Shown piece by piece: positions 1-11,470 of a stretch of 64,000 nt of DNA. This DNA comes from Octopus vulgaris (taxonomy: Eukaryota). Below the pieces are notes generated by a model. That model had not been told where the DNA came from. It was given only the letters and a program-made list of their open reading frames with translations, and ran no database searches. Made by a program: the position numbers and the translations under genes. The stretch is taken from positions 18,290,001-18,354,000 of the forward strand of contig OX597830.1 of NCBI GenBank assembly GCA_951406725.2, read 5' to 3'. Position 1 is the stretch's first letter, and the number at the start of each line of letters is the position of its first letter.

Positions 1-120
1 TAAAATGCATAGCAGCATTTTGTCCAGCTTTACACTCTGAGTTCAAATTCCAAGGGGTCAACATTGCTTTGCATCCTTTCGGAGGCAATAAAGTAAATAC
101 CAGCACAGGTTGATGTAAAT

Positions 121-244
121 CGACCCCAGGACTTATTCTTTGTAAGCCTAGTACTTATTCTATTGGTCTCTTTTGCTGAACCGCTAAGTTACGGGGACGC
201 AAACACACCAGCATCAGTTGTCAAGTGATGTTAGGGAGACAAAT

Positions 245-275
<31 letters not shown>

Positions 276-445
276 CATATATACGACGGGCTTCTTTCAG
301 TTTCCGTCTACCAAATCCACTCACAAGGCTTTGGTCGGCCCGAGGCTATAATAGAAGACACTTGCCCAAGGTGCCACGCAGTGGGGCTGAACCCTGAACC
401 ATGTGCTTTGTAAGCAAGTTACTTATGACACAGCCACTCCTGTGC
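121..445 (-). mobile_element. tRNA-derived SINE family A (CORE-like body, internal TA/TG microsatellite), 3'-truncated
   Basis: Reverse complement of head GCACAGGAGTGGCTGTG (A box), GGTTCAG (B box) and GTGGCACCTTGGGCAAGTG; more than 15 near-identical copies in the window. Confidence 0.9.
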
Positions 446-1059
446 TAACGATTCTGCCAGTTTACCAATAATAATAATAATCTTTTCTACTAAAGGCACA
501 AGGCCTGAAATTTGAGAAGTGGGAGCAAATGCTTAACTGATATTTATTTTATCAACCCCAAAAGGATGAAAGGAAGAGTTGGCCTCAGTGGAATTTGAAC
601 TCAGAATGTGAAAGCTAGAAGAAATGCTGCTAAGCATTTTGATGTAATCGACCAGCCCCCTCCTCCAAAATTTCAGGCCTTGTGCTGACTTATAGTAGGA
701 ACATTATTATTCTTTAAATTCCTTACCATTTTCTTTTAATGGGAGTGAAAGCAATATAGAGGTCTAGAGACCCCGAGAATGAGTAACTTCCTGAGAAATC
801 ACGACCACAGTCGGCTGACACTCTTTTCTTCTCAGTATAGTCATTTCATCACCATAAAATGGCGATATTCTTGGGTTTTGTGTGTATGCGTATGTGAATG
901 TGTCTGTCTGTGCTGCGTTTGTATTTACAAACAAAAGGAAATGGGTATTTATTGGAAAAATAAATTATGTTTATTTATTGAGGAATTGAGGTTAGTAGTT
1001 GGTAGAGTTTCATAACTACCTATTGCAGATCACATAACTGAATTTTGAAGTATCAGACA

Positions 1060-1061
<2 letters not shown>

Positions 1062-1122
<61 letters not shown>

Positions 1123-1236
1123 TGTATGTATATATGTATGTATGTATATGTTTGTATGTATATGTATATTTGTATGTATATGTTTGTATGTATATGTATG
1201 TTTGTATGTGTATGTATGTATATATATGTATGTATG

Positions 1237-1276
<40 letters not shown>

Positions 1277-1277
1277 T
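1062..1277. repeat. (TA)n/(TATG)n compound microsatellite
   Basis: Directly visible; source of the YIYI/VCMY ORFs. Confidence 0.97.
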
Positions 1278-1459
1278 TTAAGAAGGGTAACTATGCATAG
1301 GTTTGTCACTGAATTAAAGTAGGAAAATAATAATGGTGGTGATGATGATTCTACTATAGGCAGAAGACCTGAAATTTTAGGAGTGTCTGCATATATGAAA
1401 ATATTTGTGCATTTCACACACACACACACACACACATATGCATGCACACAGTAACAACA

Positions 1460-1615
1460 CACCCAGGAATTACAACCGTGTTTCGTGGTCTGCTACCACA
1501 ATGACTCCTTTATAGGATCCAGTTATCTCAAGACATCATCAGGAAGAACCATGTCCGGTTTCGGCCCCTACTCCTCTACCGTTTTGACGTGGCGGGGCTC
1601 CCCCTTTCGGAGGTA
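1460..1615 (-). mobile_element. Penelope-like fragment with degenerate hammerhead boxes
   Basis: Minus strand CTGATGA (1542-1536) ... CGAAAC (1485-1480) and a second GCCGAAACCGG; flanked by CA/TA repeats; stems pair poorly. Confidence 0.4.
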
Positions 1616-1785
1616 TATGTATATAAACATATATCCATATACACATCTGTAATGTATTAAATGTAACTATAAAATACACATAGCAAAACATTTACAATTT
1701 ATTAAACACTACAAAACAAGTATGTATATATCATAAACAGTTGGATCTGAATGACAGGACAGTGTCAATGGCTTTTGCTGGCCTT

Positions 1786-2634
1786 CCCAGTTCTCAATCG
1801 TTTTTTACATACTGACAAATCAAAATCAAATTCAATGGCTGGCATCCGTGCTAGCGGGGTACAAAGAGCACCATACGAATGTGATCGTTGATAGAGCAGC
1901 TAAACAGCTTCCGTGCCAGTGGCACATAAAAGGCAAAATTCGAGTGTGATCGTTACCAGCGTTGCCTTACTGGCACTTGTGCCCCGTGCTAGTAGGGTGC
2001 TAAGAGCACCATCCGAGCGTGATTGTTGCCAGAGTGGCTAACTGGCTTCCATGCCGGTGGCACATAAAATGCACCATTCGAGCGTGATCATTACCAGCGT
2101 CGCCTTACTGGCACTTATGCCGGTGGCATGTGTAAAAACATTCAAGCGAGGTCGTTGCCAGTACCGCCTGACTGCCCCCCATGCCTTGGCACGTAAAAAG
2201 GCACCATTCGAGTGTGATTGTTACCAACATCGCCTTACTGGTACCTGTGCCGGTGGCTTGTGTAAAAAGATTTGAGTGAGGTCATTGCCAGTACCGCCTG
2301 ACTGGCCCCGTACCACCTAACTGGCCCTGTGCCGGTGGCACGTAAAACGCATCCACAACACTCTCAGAGTGGTTGGCGTTAGGAAGGGCATCCAGCTGTA
2401 GAAACTCTGCCAGATCAAGATTAGAGCCTGGTGCAGCCATCTGGTTTGCCAGCCCTCAGTCAAATCAACCAATCTATGCTAGCATAGAAAGTGGATGTTA
2501 AATGATGATGATGACCCCTTTCATTACTATTTTATTCTGGCAGACCCCCATAGCCATTTGTTGTTTATAAACTAGTTTTAAAGATACTCTTTAAAATTTT
2601 CTATATATATATATATATCTTCATATATATATAT

Positions 2635-2677
<43 letters not shown>

Positions 2678-3115
2678 CACACATGTATGTATTTGTGTGT
2701 GTGTGACTTTGTGTTTGTCCCCCACCACCGCTTGACAACCAGTGTTGGTGTGTTTACATCCGCAGAACAAAGCAGTTCAGCAAAAGAGACTGACAAAATG
2801 TGTACCAGGTTTAAAAAAATAAAAAAAGTACTGGTGTCTATTCATTCAACTAAAATTCCTCTAGGCAGTGCCCCAGCACGGCCAGTCTCTTACAGAGCAT
2901 GTTTCAGCATCTGGAAACATGCTACAGTATGTAAAACCTTAGAGAAAGAAACCTAGCTGTTTCTGGCAATAAATACATTTAAAGCAACATATTTTTTTTC
3001 CAGTTACCCTTAAAATACAAATGTGGACCCAATTTACTATTTTACTTGCATGAACTCCCAACAATCTTATATGGACCCCTGAGTGGTCACATGGATCCTA
3101 GTTGAGAACCACTGT
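1786..3115. mobile_element. hAT (Charlie-like) MITE split by two later insertions
   Basis: Degenerate left end CAGTTCTCAATCG (~1786), right end GTTGAGAACCACTG followed by TCCTAGAC; internal pieces match the copy starting CAGGGGTTCTCAACC at 19321. Confidence 0.6.
1817..2514 (+). mobile_element. RTE-type 3' tail element (family F) with about eight ~65-bp internal tandem units and (GAT)n tail
   Basis: Repeated GTGCCGGTGGCACGTAAAA units, then GAGTGGTTGGCGTTAGGAAGGGCATCCAGCTG ... GTTAAATGATGATGATG; other copies at 9800, 27661, 50213, 53220. Confidence 0.85.
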
Positions 3116-3129
3116 CCTAGACTGTTATG

Positions 3130-5220
3130 CTTGATAACCTGAATGTTACTTCTGAATCTTTTAGGTCAAGACTTGCGGGGAAGATATGAGCAGAAGGGAA
3201 TTCCAGGGGGTCAACATTCTGAGAAAGAAGGACTGGGTGTAATAATTAGTGTGGAATCTCAGATCTGGACAGTAGCATAGCTACAATGTGTGCAACCAGG
3301 GGCAGCTCTTGAGTTTGTTACCCACCCCACACCGATATAAGCCTTATACAGCAGACCTCAAAAATGCCGCTCTTAGCGTTGCCTGGATAGGCCACCCACC
3401 TCACTCACCCCCTATCTACACTACTGGGTCTGTACACAACACAAATGCTGAGAGGAGAGACGTGTGTCAAGAATCTGTCAGTAGAGCAGAGGCCATCATA
3501 GTGGCAGTACAAAAGCTAAAGAGAGAAGAGACCATACTTGTCGTCCAGAGGCTGGAGTGTGTCTGTGACTTTATACCAACCAGTTAGATGGCCTTTTTCT
3601 AGATACGGTCTGAGATGTCTATGTGTACAGCAGTAGCAGTACCATCCCAGATGTGAGGGCCAGTCATTGGAATGCAGTACTTGTAACATTATGGATGTGT
3701 TTCCCCGACAGAGATCTTCAGTAATTAGGAGACCAAACATAAGGGCTTTAACTGAGTGCTGTCCATAATTAAGAGCGGGTGTGGTGCTTGATATTGTCTT
3801 GAGATGAGAAGCTTTTGTGCTTTCTTCTGGTTAAAAGTGACAAGATTGGCAGGCTTCCATTGGAATGTGCTTTCGGTGTCTCTCTTCAGGGAGTCAATGT
3901 GTGTTTGACATATGGTGTCTAGATTTGCAAACAGATGACACATATTTGAGGAATGTTAGGAAGGGATGAAATGTAGTACCAATTGTGCAAGAGTGGGTGT
4001 TGTTGGCCACGACAGCAAGTCATTGATGTTTAGGAGAAATATTTAACGCAAGGACATGCCATATTTAACACAGGAACATGCCATATTTAACACAGGGAGA
4101 TGCCATAGTCAAAAGAACAGGTAACAGAAAGAGCTCCAGCAACACACTTGGTAATAAGGACGATCTGATTAGGAGGTTACTAATCCAAGAGATGAGAAAC
4201 AGGTGAAGTCGATAGGTGGGCTATTTCCATAGGAGATTCATGTGCCGCACATGCTTGGAAGCTTTGATGATGTTGAGGGCCATAACAAAAGAGAGGACAT
4301 TACCTGTGAATCTGTCTATTCAGAAACTGTAGTGGTTTCATTGAGAGTTAGTGAGAGACAAATAGACAGCTAGAAAGAGATAGAGAAACAAGGGAGAGAG
4401 AGACAAACAGACAGACAGCCAGAAAGAGATAGATAGACAGAGAAGAAAGAGAAAGAGAGAGAAATATTGAAGGGTAGCGTTGTTAAGAGAAATTAAAAGT
4501 TAGTGTGTAATGGAGTGATTGTAGGATGAGTCCAAGGAATTGCTTTTCCTGAAAATGGGACCCATTGGAGTGTTTTTCCAAAGAAAAAATAGATCCTATT
4601 GACCGAGAGAAAGATTGAAGAGTTTCATGATTTCAGGGGCTAGTTCTAGGGCGCAATGTTTAAGGGTAATAGGACAAGAACATGGCCAATGATGGCCTAA
4701 TATGTTTGAAGTGGTTGAAAGTACTTTTGCACTTGACCTAGGCGGGCAGAAGGAGATGGAGTTGGAGAGATTCATCAAATATATTCAGTACTGAGTTGAT
4801 GGGAAAGCGAGCAGTGATGGTGGAGGGTTTCTCAGAGGAAGGGGTTACTACTCGTAGAATCATCGTTGTTTTGAAGTGAAGAGAAAGAGGAATCTGTAAA
4901 GTTGGCAGACAATTTTCTGGTAAGGAAACTCCCAAATCAGCTGCAGTTTGAAAGACGGGATAGCTTGAGGGCTGAATAATGCATGAAGTTATCTTTCATG
5001 GTTTTGATATGGTCTTGTGGAGGTTGCATTACTGAGTAAACATCACCCAATTTTAGAGGTGGATAAGTCTCAACAGGTGTTGTAGGTCTTTTTAGCTGAA
5101 CAGTTTCAATGCAATTATGAGTGAATCCCTTGTGGCATTTGTGACACTAGATTTTTGATGTGTATGGAATGTAGAGGTACTTGCCTAAGAGATTAGTTTC
5201 AGTCAACACAAAGTAGTTTC
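3130..5220 (-). mobile_element. Degenerate LINE ORF2 (reverse transcriptase and C-terminus), CR1/L2/Jockey-type group
   Basis: Minus-strand remnants CALELAPEIMKLFNLSL, ALNIIKASKHVRHMNLL (cf. ALDISKAFDRVWH), HIWDG, TDTLQPL, YTQSFFLRMLTPWNSL; many stops and frameshifts; (GA)n tract at ~4350-4465. Confidence 0.8.
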
Positions 5221-5261
5221 TGGAAATGAAAAGAAGCAAGTGTCAAAAATGCTCAGTTCTT

Positions 5262-5553
5262 TCTTATTTTTGTTTTTTATTGCCCACAAGGGGCTAAACA
5301 TAGAGGGGACAAACAAGGACAGGCAAAGGGATTAAGTCAATTACATCGACCCCAGTGCGTAACTGGTACTTATTTCATCGACCCCAAAAGGATGAAAGGC
5401 AAAGTTGACCTCAGCGGAATTTGAACTCAGAACATAGTGGCATCAAAATACTGGTAAGCTTTTTGCCTGGTGTGCTAACAATACTGCCAGCTCGCCGCCT
5501 TACAAAATACCGCTGAGCATTTCGCCTGGCGTGCTAACGTTTTTGCCAGCTCA
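5262..5553 (-). mobile_element. SINE family B (Meta-domain-like core) with duplicated head
   Basis: Reverse complement of GTCAACTTTGCCTTTCATCCTTTTGGGGTCGATGAAATAAGTACCAG and tail TTTAGCCCCTTGTGGG. Confidence 0.88.
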
Positions 5554-5740
5554 ATTCTTTCTGTTTGGCTCATCATATGTCTGAAATGAGGTAAAATTTA
5601 TTCACATTTCAAGAATGGTAAAGAAGTTGTAGAGGAAGAATAGAGCCACAAAAACATAAAATACCATGAGAGAAATATATTTCGTAATAATTCAAATAAC
5701 ATTTGGAAGAAATGTGAATTGCAATGATCACAGTCAAGTT

Positions 5741-6124
5741 ACTCTCTCTCTTTTACTTGTTTCAGTCATTTGACTGCGGCCATGCTGGAGCACCGCCTTT
5801 AATCGAGCAACTTGACCCCGGGACTTATTCTTTTGTAAGCCCAGTACTTATTCTATCGGTCTCTTTTGCCGAACCGCTAAGTAACAGGGACATAAACTCA
5901 CCAGATTCGGTTGTCAAGCAATGCTAGGGGGACAAATACACACACGCATATACATATATACGACAGGCTTCTTTCAGTTTCCGTCTACTAAATCCACTCA
6001 CAAGGCTTTGGTCGGCCCGAGGCTATAGTAGAAGACACTTGCCCAAGGTGCCATGCAGTGGGACTGAACTTGGAACCATGTGGTTGGTAAACAAGCTACT
6101 TACCACACAGCCACTCCTGCGCCT
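5741..6124 (-). mobile_element. SINE family A, full length
   Basis: Head AGGCGCAGGAGTGGCTGTGTGGTAAG through tail GACTGAAACAAGTAAAAGAG on the minus strand. Confidence 0.93.
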
Positions 6125-7010
6125 AATTATGTGTTTTAATTAACTTTAATTCTAACTTAAAACAGTCTACATAGCAAGATTAAGTACATTTTCATACACA
6201 AAATTATCGTATAAAATCCTGCAAAAACAGGCAGAAGAGGATAATATGTCTCTCGTCCCAGCTCACCTTGGCTTATCTTTCCCTAGGTTTCTTTGATCTC
6301 TGTTTACCCTTTTTTTTTTTTATTCATGGTTTTCTTTATATATTTTTCTTTCACATGTGGGAGGATGAAAGGAAAGAGAAAAGATAAGAATTTTTTTTTT
6401 TTTTTTTGTATTCCTGTGACATAAACTTTCTGTCAATCCAATAACTTCAAAATAAAATTCTTGATAAATATTTACCAAAAATAACACGATTGACAAATAA
6501 AGGCAACTCTATATCATTGCTTGATCTGTTAGAAATAGTAGCTCAATCTCCTTCATATCACCATCTACAGCCTATTGGGAAGTACATATTGGTTAATATT
6601 GATACACAATAAACACAAAGGCTGAAAAAAAAAAGTTGGAATGGTCACAGTTGGAATACCATAGATCATAATATTTTTTTTTTCTTTTGCATATAATTTA
6701 GTAGGAGGAAGAAATACAGTGTTCATGACCTTTTTTTCAGGGCCTTGGAGATTGGTAGGACTTCTTGATCAGCAGAATTTGGTTGTGATGATGAGCTAAA
6801 ATAGCATATAAATACCACATGAAATATATATTGTTTTTAATACAGGCACATGGCTCAAAATTTGGAGGAAAGGGTTAGCTAATAGCATCGACATCCCCCC
6901 CAGTACTTGGACCTTGGTGGAATTTGAGCTCCAAATGTATAAAGAATCAAATGAAATATGGCAAAGCATTTTTCTTAGGCTCTAACAATTCTGCCAGCTC
7001 ATCACCTTAA

Positions 7011-7221
7011 CCCTTTCGTTACCAACCGGGCCGAAAACGGCTCTGGCTCTGAGTACAAATGTCTTGTTTTGAATTAAAATCTTCTACCAAATCTTAGTCA
7101 CAATTTATGTTTCTAACACCAGCTGAATGATAACTAAGTTATTTTACTTAAATTCTTTGTTATATTTAAAGTAATTCAAAGAAATACAGAGCATCTCAAA
7201 ATAAATTCAGTAACGAAAGGG
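7011..7221. mobile_element. piggyBac-type MITE
   Basis: TTAA TSD (7007-7010, 7222-7225); 12-bp TIR CCCTTTCGTTAC/GTAACGAAAGGG. Confidence 0.92.
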
Positions 7222-7348
7222 TTAATACCTTATAAAATATAAAAGTGTGTCACAACTGGTTGAGACTGAAGGGTATCAATTTAGCCAGTTAAATGGTCAA
7301 GAGTTTGTATTCATAAAAGAAACCCCTTTCACTGATCCAGTTAAATCT

Positions 7349-7741
7349 GTAAATAAGTCGTTGTTTTGACCCAGATCATCTTTGAGCAAACCTATCAATG
7401 ACTATAGGCATTCCAGCCATGACCACTCCATCTTTGTAGGTGTATATGTATAAAGCTACACTATTCAATTTGCTTTTGTCCTTCCTAAGACATTGATAAG
7501 ATGTGCCTTGGGGGTGGGATCTAGGCTGTTGTTTCTGGTAAATAAGTTGTTGTTTTGACCCAGATCATCTTTGATTGAGCAAACCTATCAATGACTATAG
7601 GCATTCCAGCCATGACCACTCCATCTCTGTAGGTGTATATATATAAAGCTACATTATTCGATTTGCTTTTATCCTTCCTAAGACATCGATAAAGCATTCT
7701 TTGGTGGTGGGGGGGAGGATCTAAGCTGTTATTTCTGGTAA
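7349..7741. repeat. Tandem duplication (2 x ~190 bp) of an older interspersed repeat
   Basis: GTAAATAAGT-GTTGTTTTGACCCAGATCATCTTTGA starts at 7349 and 7538; related sequence in the opposite orientation at ~6510-6670, ~41780-42030 and ~57240-57430. Confidence 0.88.
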
Positions 7742-8004
7742 ACCAAGCAAATGTGTAGAGGTTTCCTCATTGATTTGTCAGTAAATAAATACCATATGGC
7801 AGTACAGCTCACCATAAAAGTCTTTGAGAGAAGCTCAATGTCATTGCTGAGTGTTTACTTACTCTGCAATGTTGACATAGAACTTGCTATGTTCCAGTAT
7901 AAAAAAAGGAGTGTATCCTGTCCATAGTCTTCTTGTTGCTACATTAAAATCACTATTAGAGAAGGTGAAAGAGAGATAAAGGAGAGTAGAAAGGGAGAGG
8001 ATTT

Positions 8005-8423
8005 GGATTTTTTCGGTTTGAACGGCAGTTTTTAACATAATTTCTAGGTAACTAAAACACTTTTAAACTTCGTATACTGGTAGAATGTGTTTATAAAACA
8101 TCTTTTTCTCTTGGCTTTATTGAGAAAATTCTATAGTTTGTAAGATATTTGTTGTTTTTTTTCTTCAAATTCTGCAATTTCAACCAATCAGTGACGTCTA
8201 TTGAGGTAGAAAAAACATTCTGTGCCGTATGACTATGTCCCTCGTTTAAGAAACAGATTGAGTTTATTTACATTTGTGAAGAAAAAAGATACCCTTCCCT
8301 CCACCCCTAACCCTAACACTAAAACAGATTGAAATGCAATAGATCGATACTAGGGTCATAATTACGGGTGACAATTTCATATGATACCGCTAGAAAAAAC
8401 TGCCGTTCAAACCGAAAAGATCC
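8005..8423. mobile_element. MITE with 29-bp TIRs and 8-bp TSD, Merlin-like ends
   Basis: TIR GGAT(T/C)TTTTCGGTTTGAACGGCAGTTTTT with one mismatch; TSD GAGGATTT at 7997-8004 and 8424-8431; superfamily inferred from 5'-GG termini plus 8-bp TSD. Confidence 0.9.
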
Positions 8424-8844
8424 GAGGATTTATTAGAAGAGAGAAAGGATGGGGACAGAGAAGAGATCACTTGGCCTGGTGAATAAGATCGTTACTACCC
8501 ATAGTTTAGAAATAAAGGCAACAGTTCAAATCCAATGTGGTACCATGTACACATTTAAGATGATGGCTTCTGGTGATGGCCAGAGATCAAATCAACTGAA
8601 ATTGACCTTTTTTTTATTTCTATCTTTTTCTCTGGTAGCATGAGTTGAATGAAATTTATTGAGGTAACATTCTGAAGCTATATAGTTTTCGTGCCGCCAA
8701 CCCTTATTTTTTAAATTTTTCTTCAAGGGAGACACTATTTATTGCTCTGGTTTTAGCTTTTTGAGCTGGACCAAGATATGTGGTGCATTGCTGTACTCAA
8801 GAAGACCCACCCACCACAACAGAATTGAGATCTTAAAACCAAGG

Positions 8845-9240
8845 TGCCAGGAGTGGCTGTGTGGTAAGTAGCTTGCTTATGAACCACATGGTTCCAGGTT
8901 CAGTCCCACTGCATGGCACCTTGGGCAAGTGTCTTCCACTATAGTCTCGGGCTGACCAAAGCCTTGTGAGTGGATTTGGTAGACGAAAACTGAAAGAAGC
9001 CCATCGTATATTTGTGTGTGTATATGTTTCTGTGTGTGTTTGTCCCTCCAACATCGCTTGACAACGGATGCTAGTGTGTTTAGATCCCCGTAACTTAGCG
9101 GTTTAGCAAAAGAGACTGATAGAATAAGTACTAGGCTTACAAAGAATAAGTCCTGGGGTCGACTTGCTCGACTAAAGGCGGTGCTCCAGCATGGCCGCAG
9201 TCAAATGACTGAAACAAGTAAAAGAGTACAAGAGAGAGAG
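8845..9240 (+). mobile_element. SINE family A, full length
   Basis: Head, CORE-like body and AAGTAAAAGAG tail all present. Confidence 0.93.
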
Positions 9241-9727
9241 AGTACCACATAAAAAGTACCCAGTACATTCTGTAAAGTGGTTGGCGGTAGGAATGGCATA
9301 CAGCCATAGAAACCAAGCCAAAACATAATATGGAATCTGGTGCAGCCTCCCTGCTTGCCAGTTCCTCTAAAGCTGTCCAGCCCATACAAGCATGTGAAAC
9401 AGATGTTAACTGTTGTTGTTGATGATGATGATGTACAGTTGGATTATGTGCTATGATTTAAGGAGGAAATAAGCAAGCATCACCATTGCTTGATTAGTAT
9501 AAATGCAAAGATATACAAACACTCATCCACACACACAAATATATGTGTGCATGTGTGTGTGTGTGTGTGTATAAAATGCCAAACTAAACAATACAACATA
9601 AGTAATAGGAATTAGTATGGCATCGGGAAAAGATTTTTCAAAGATATTCCTTGAATCTATCCGACAAGCCATTGCACTCTGAAATTCACTCAGTCACATA
9701 TAGTTTGTAAGAATAAATTAATAGATG

Positions 9728-10480
9728 CAGGCATATCTGTGTGGTTAAGAAGTTTGCATCCCAACCACTTGGTTTCAAGTTCAGTCCCACGGTGAAACAC
9801 CTGGCTCCCCGTGCCGGTGGAATGTAAAAAGCACCATCCAAACATGGTTGATGCCTGCCCCCTCACCTCGACTGGCTCCTGTGCAAGTGGCACATAAAAG
9901 CACCATCCAAACGTGGTCGATGCCAGCCAGCCCCCTCTCGCTCCTGTGCTGGTGGCATGTAAAAGCACCATACAAACATGGCCGATACCAGCCCTCTCTA
10001 GCTCCCGTGCCGGTGACACATGAAAGCACCATCCAAACGCGGTTAGTGCCAGCCCTGTCTGGCCCCTGTGCCAGTGACATGTAAAAAGCATCCACTACAC
10101 TCACAGAGTGGTTGGCGTTAGGAAGGGCATCCAGCTGTAGAATCACTGCCAGATCAGCCTGGTGCAGCCTCCTGGCTTCCCAGACTCCCAGTCGAACCAT
10201 CCAACCCTTGCCAGCATGGAAAACTGACGTTAACCCTTTAATGTTCTGATTATTCTATCAAACATAATGCTTATTGATTCACATTGATTTGAATTAATCA
10301 TGCATTATCTCATATCTTCAAGATCTTGATGGTGTAATTACCTAATGTAGAATAACATTGTAGGGTAGGTGTGAGGGCCTGGATCTGGTCAGTTTGAACA
10401 TAAAACAGATTAAATATTTTGGCCGGATATAGCCGGTTTAAATACTAAAGGGTTAAACAATGATGTTGATGATAATGATC
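9728..10480 (+). mobile_element. SINE-A-like tRNA head joined to a family F tandem array and tail
   Basis: Head TGTGTGGTTAAGAAGTTTGC...GTTCAGTCCCAC, five GTGCCGGTGGCAC-type units, then GGTTGGCGTTAGGAAGGGCATCCAGC; tail interrupted at TTAA. Confidence 0.75.
10234..10452. mobile_element. piggyBac-type MITE nested in a family F tail
   Basis: TTAA-CCCTTTA ... TAAAGGG-TTAA; the host GAT-rich tail resumes after 10456. Confidence 0.85.
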
Positions 10481-11171
10481 TGCCAAAGATATAGCTGCTA
10501 TTTCTAGCAAATCTAGTGACTATATAAAATCCACCCAGTTAGTTTGTCAGTAACTGTCAATAAAGCAGGTATAGAAATAACTTCACTTGGACAGGCTATA
10601 TGGTTATTTTCCTTTTGTTTAACTTCAAATGGTAAGCTTACTCTGTTCACCCTTCTTGATAATCTTCTCTTGACTCTTATAATTTACCTTAGGCCTTTTC
10701 TTTTCCATTCTTTTTTTCTTTCTTTTGCTCTTTCCCACTTCCATTTCCCATGACCCCCACTGTCCTTCCATTTCAATTTCTCATTCCACACACATTTTCT
10801 TCTTCATTGACTAAAAAATATTTATTCACTTCATTATGAGGATATCCACATGACTGGAGCTTATAAACTGTTGAAGGGAACAACAGCAAGGGATTAACTC
10901 ATTCACACAGGCATTTATGAATGTTTGTGTGTGTGTGTGTGTGTGTGTGTACATGTGTTACTTCAGAATGTGTGTGTATTCTATAGAAATATATTTTCTT
11001 ATAAGCATTTAAGAAAATATAAGCATGGCTGTGTGGTAAGAAGCTTGCTTCCAATCACATGGTTGCAGGTTCAGTCCCACTGCATGGCACCTTGGGCAAG
11101 TGTCTTCTATAGCTTGAGGCCAACCAAGGCCTTGTGAGTGGATTTGGTAGATGGAAGCTGAAAGAAGCTTG

Positions 11172-11209
<38 letters not shown>

Positions 11210-11214
<5 letters not shown>

Positions 11215-11421
11215 TAATCCAAACATGAAAACACAAAGAGAAAACAACAACGCGAGGACGTGGAACAAATATAGTATTATTAGACGCTCAGGAAGGAAGG
11301 GAAGAAGGAGGGTTTTACGTTTCGAGCGGAGCTCTTCGTCAGAAACATAGGAAAAGGAAGGATCCAGAGAAGGGAAGACGGAGGAAAAAAAATCGCCAAC
11401 GGTACACACGCAGTCACATTT

Positions 11422-11422
<1 letters not shown>
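11210..11422 (-). mobile_element. Penelope-like terminal fragment inside (TA)n
   Basis: CpG-rich ~210-bp block between TA tracts containing CTGACGAAGAGCTCCGCTCGAAACGT; relatives at 30556 and 34988. Confidence 0.7.
11312..11346 (-). ncRNA. Putative minimal type-I hammerhead ribozyme
   Basis: GTTT-CTGACGA-A-GAGC(TCC)GCTC-GAAA-CG-TA-AAAC: stem I GTTT/AAAC, 4-bp stem II, palindromic ACGT stem III. Confidence 0.6.

Positions 11423-11470
<48 letters not shown>

Noticed and set aside
1845-2350. CRISPR-like appearance of hairpin repeats with spacers
   Set aside because: Spacers are homologous to each other, the array is part of a dispersed retroposon, there are no cas genes and the context is eukaryotic
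8305-8322. Interstitial telomere
   Set aside because: Only three units, inside a MITE; not a fusion or healing signature
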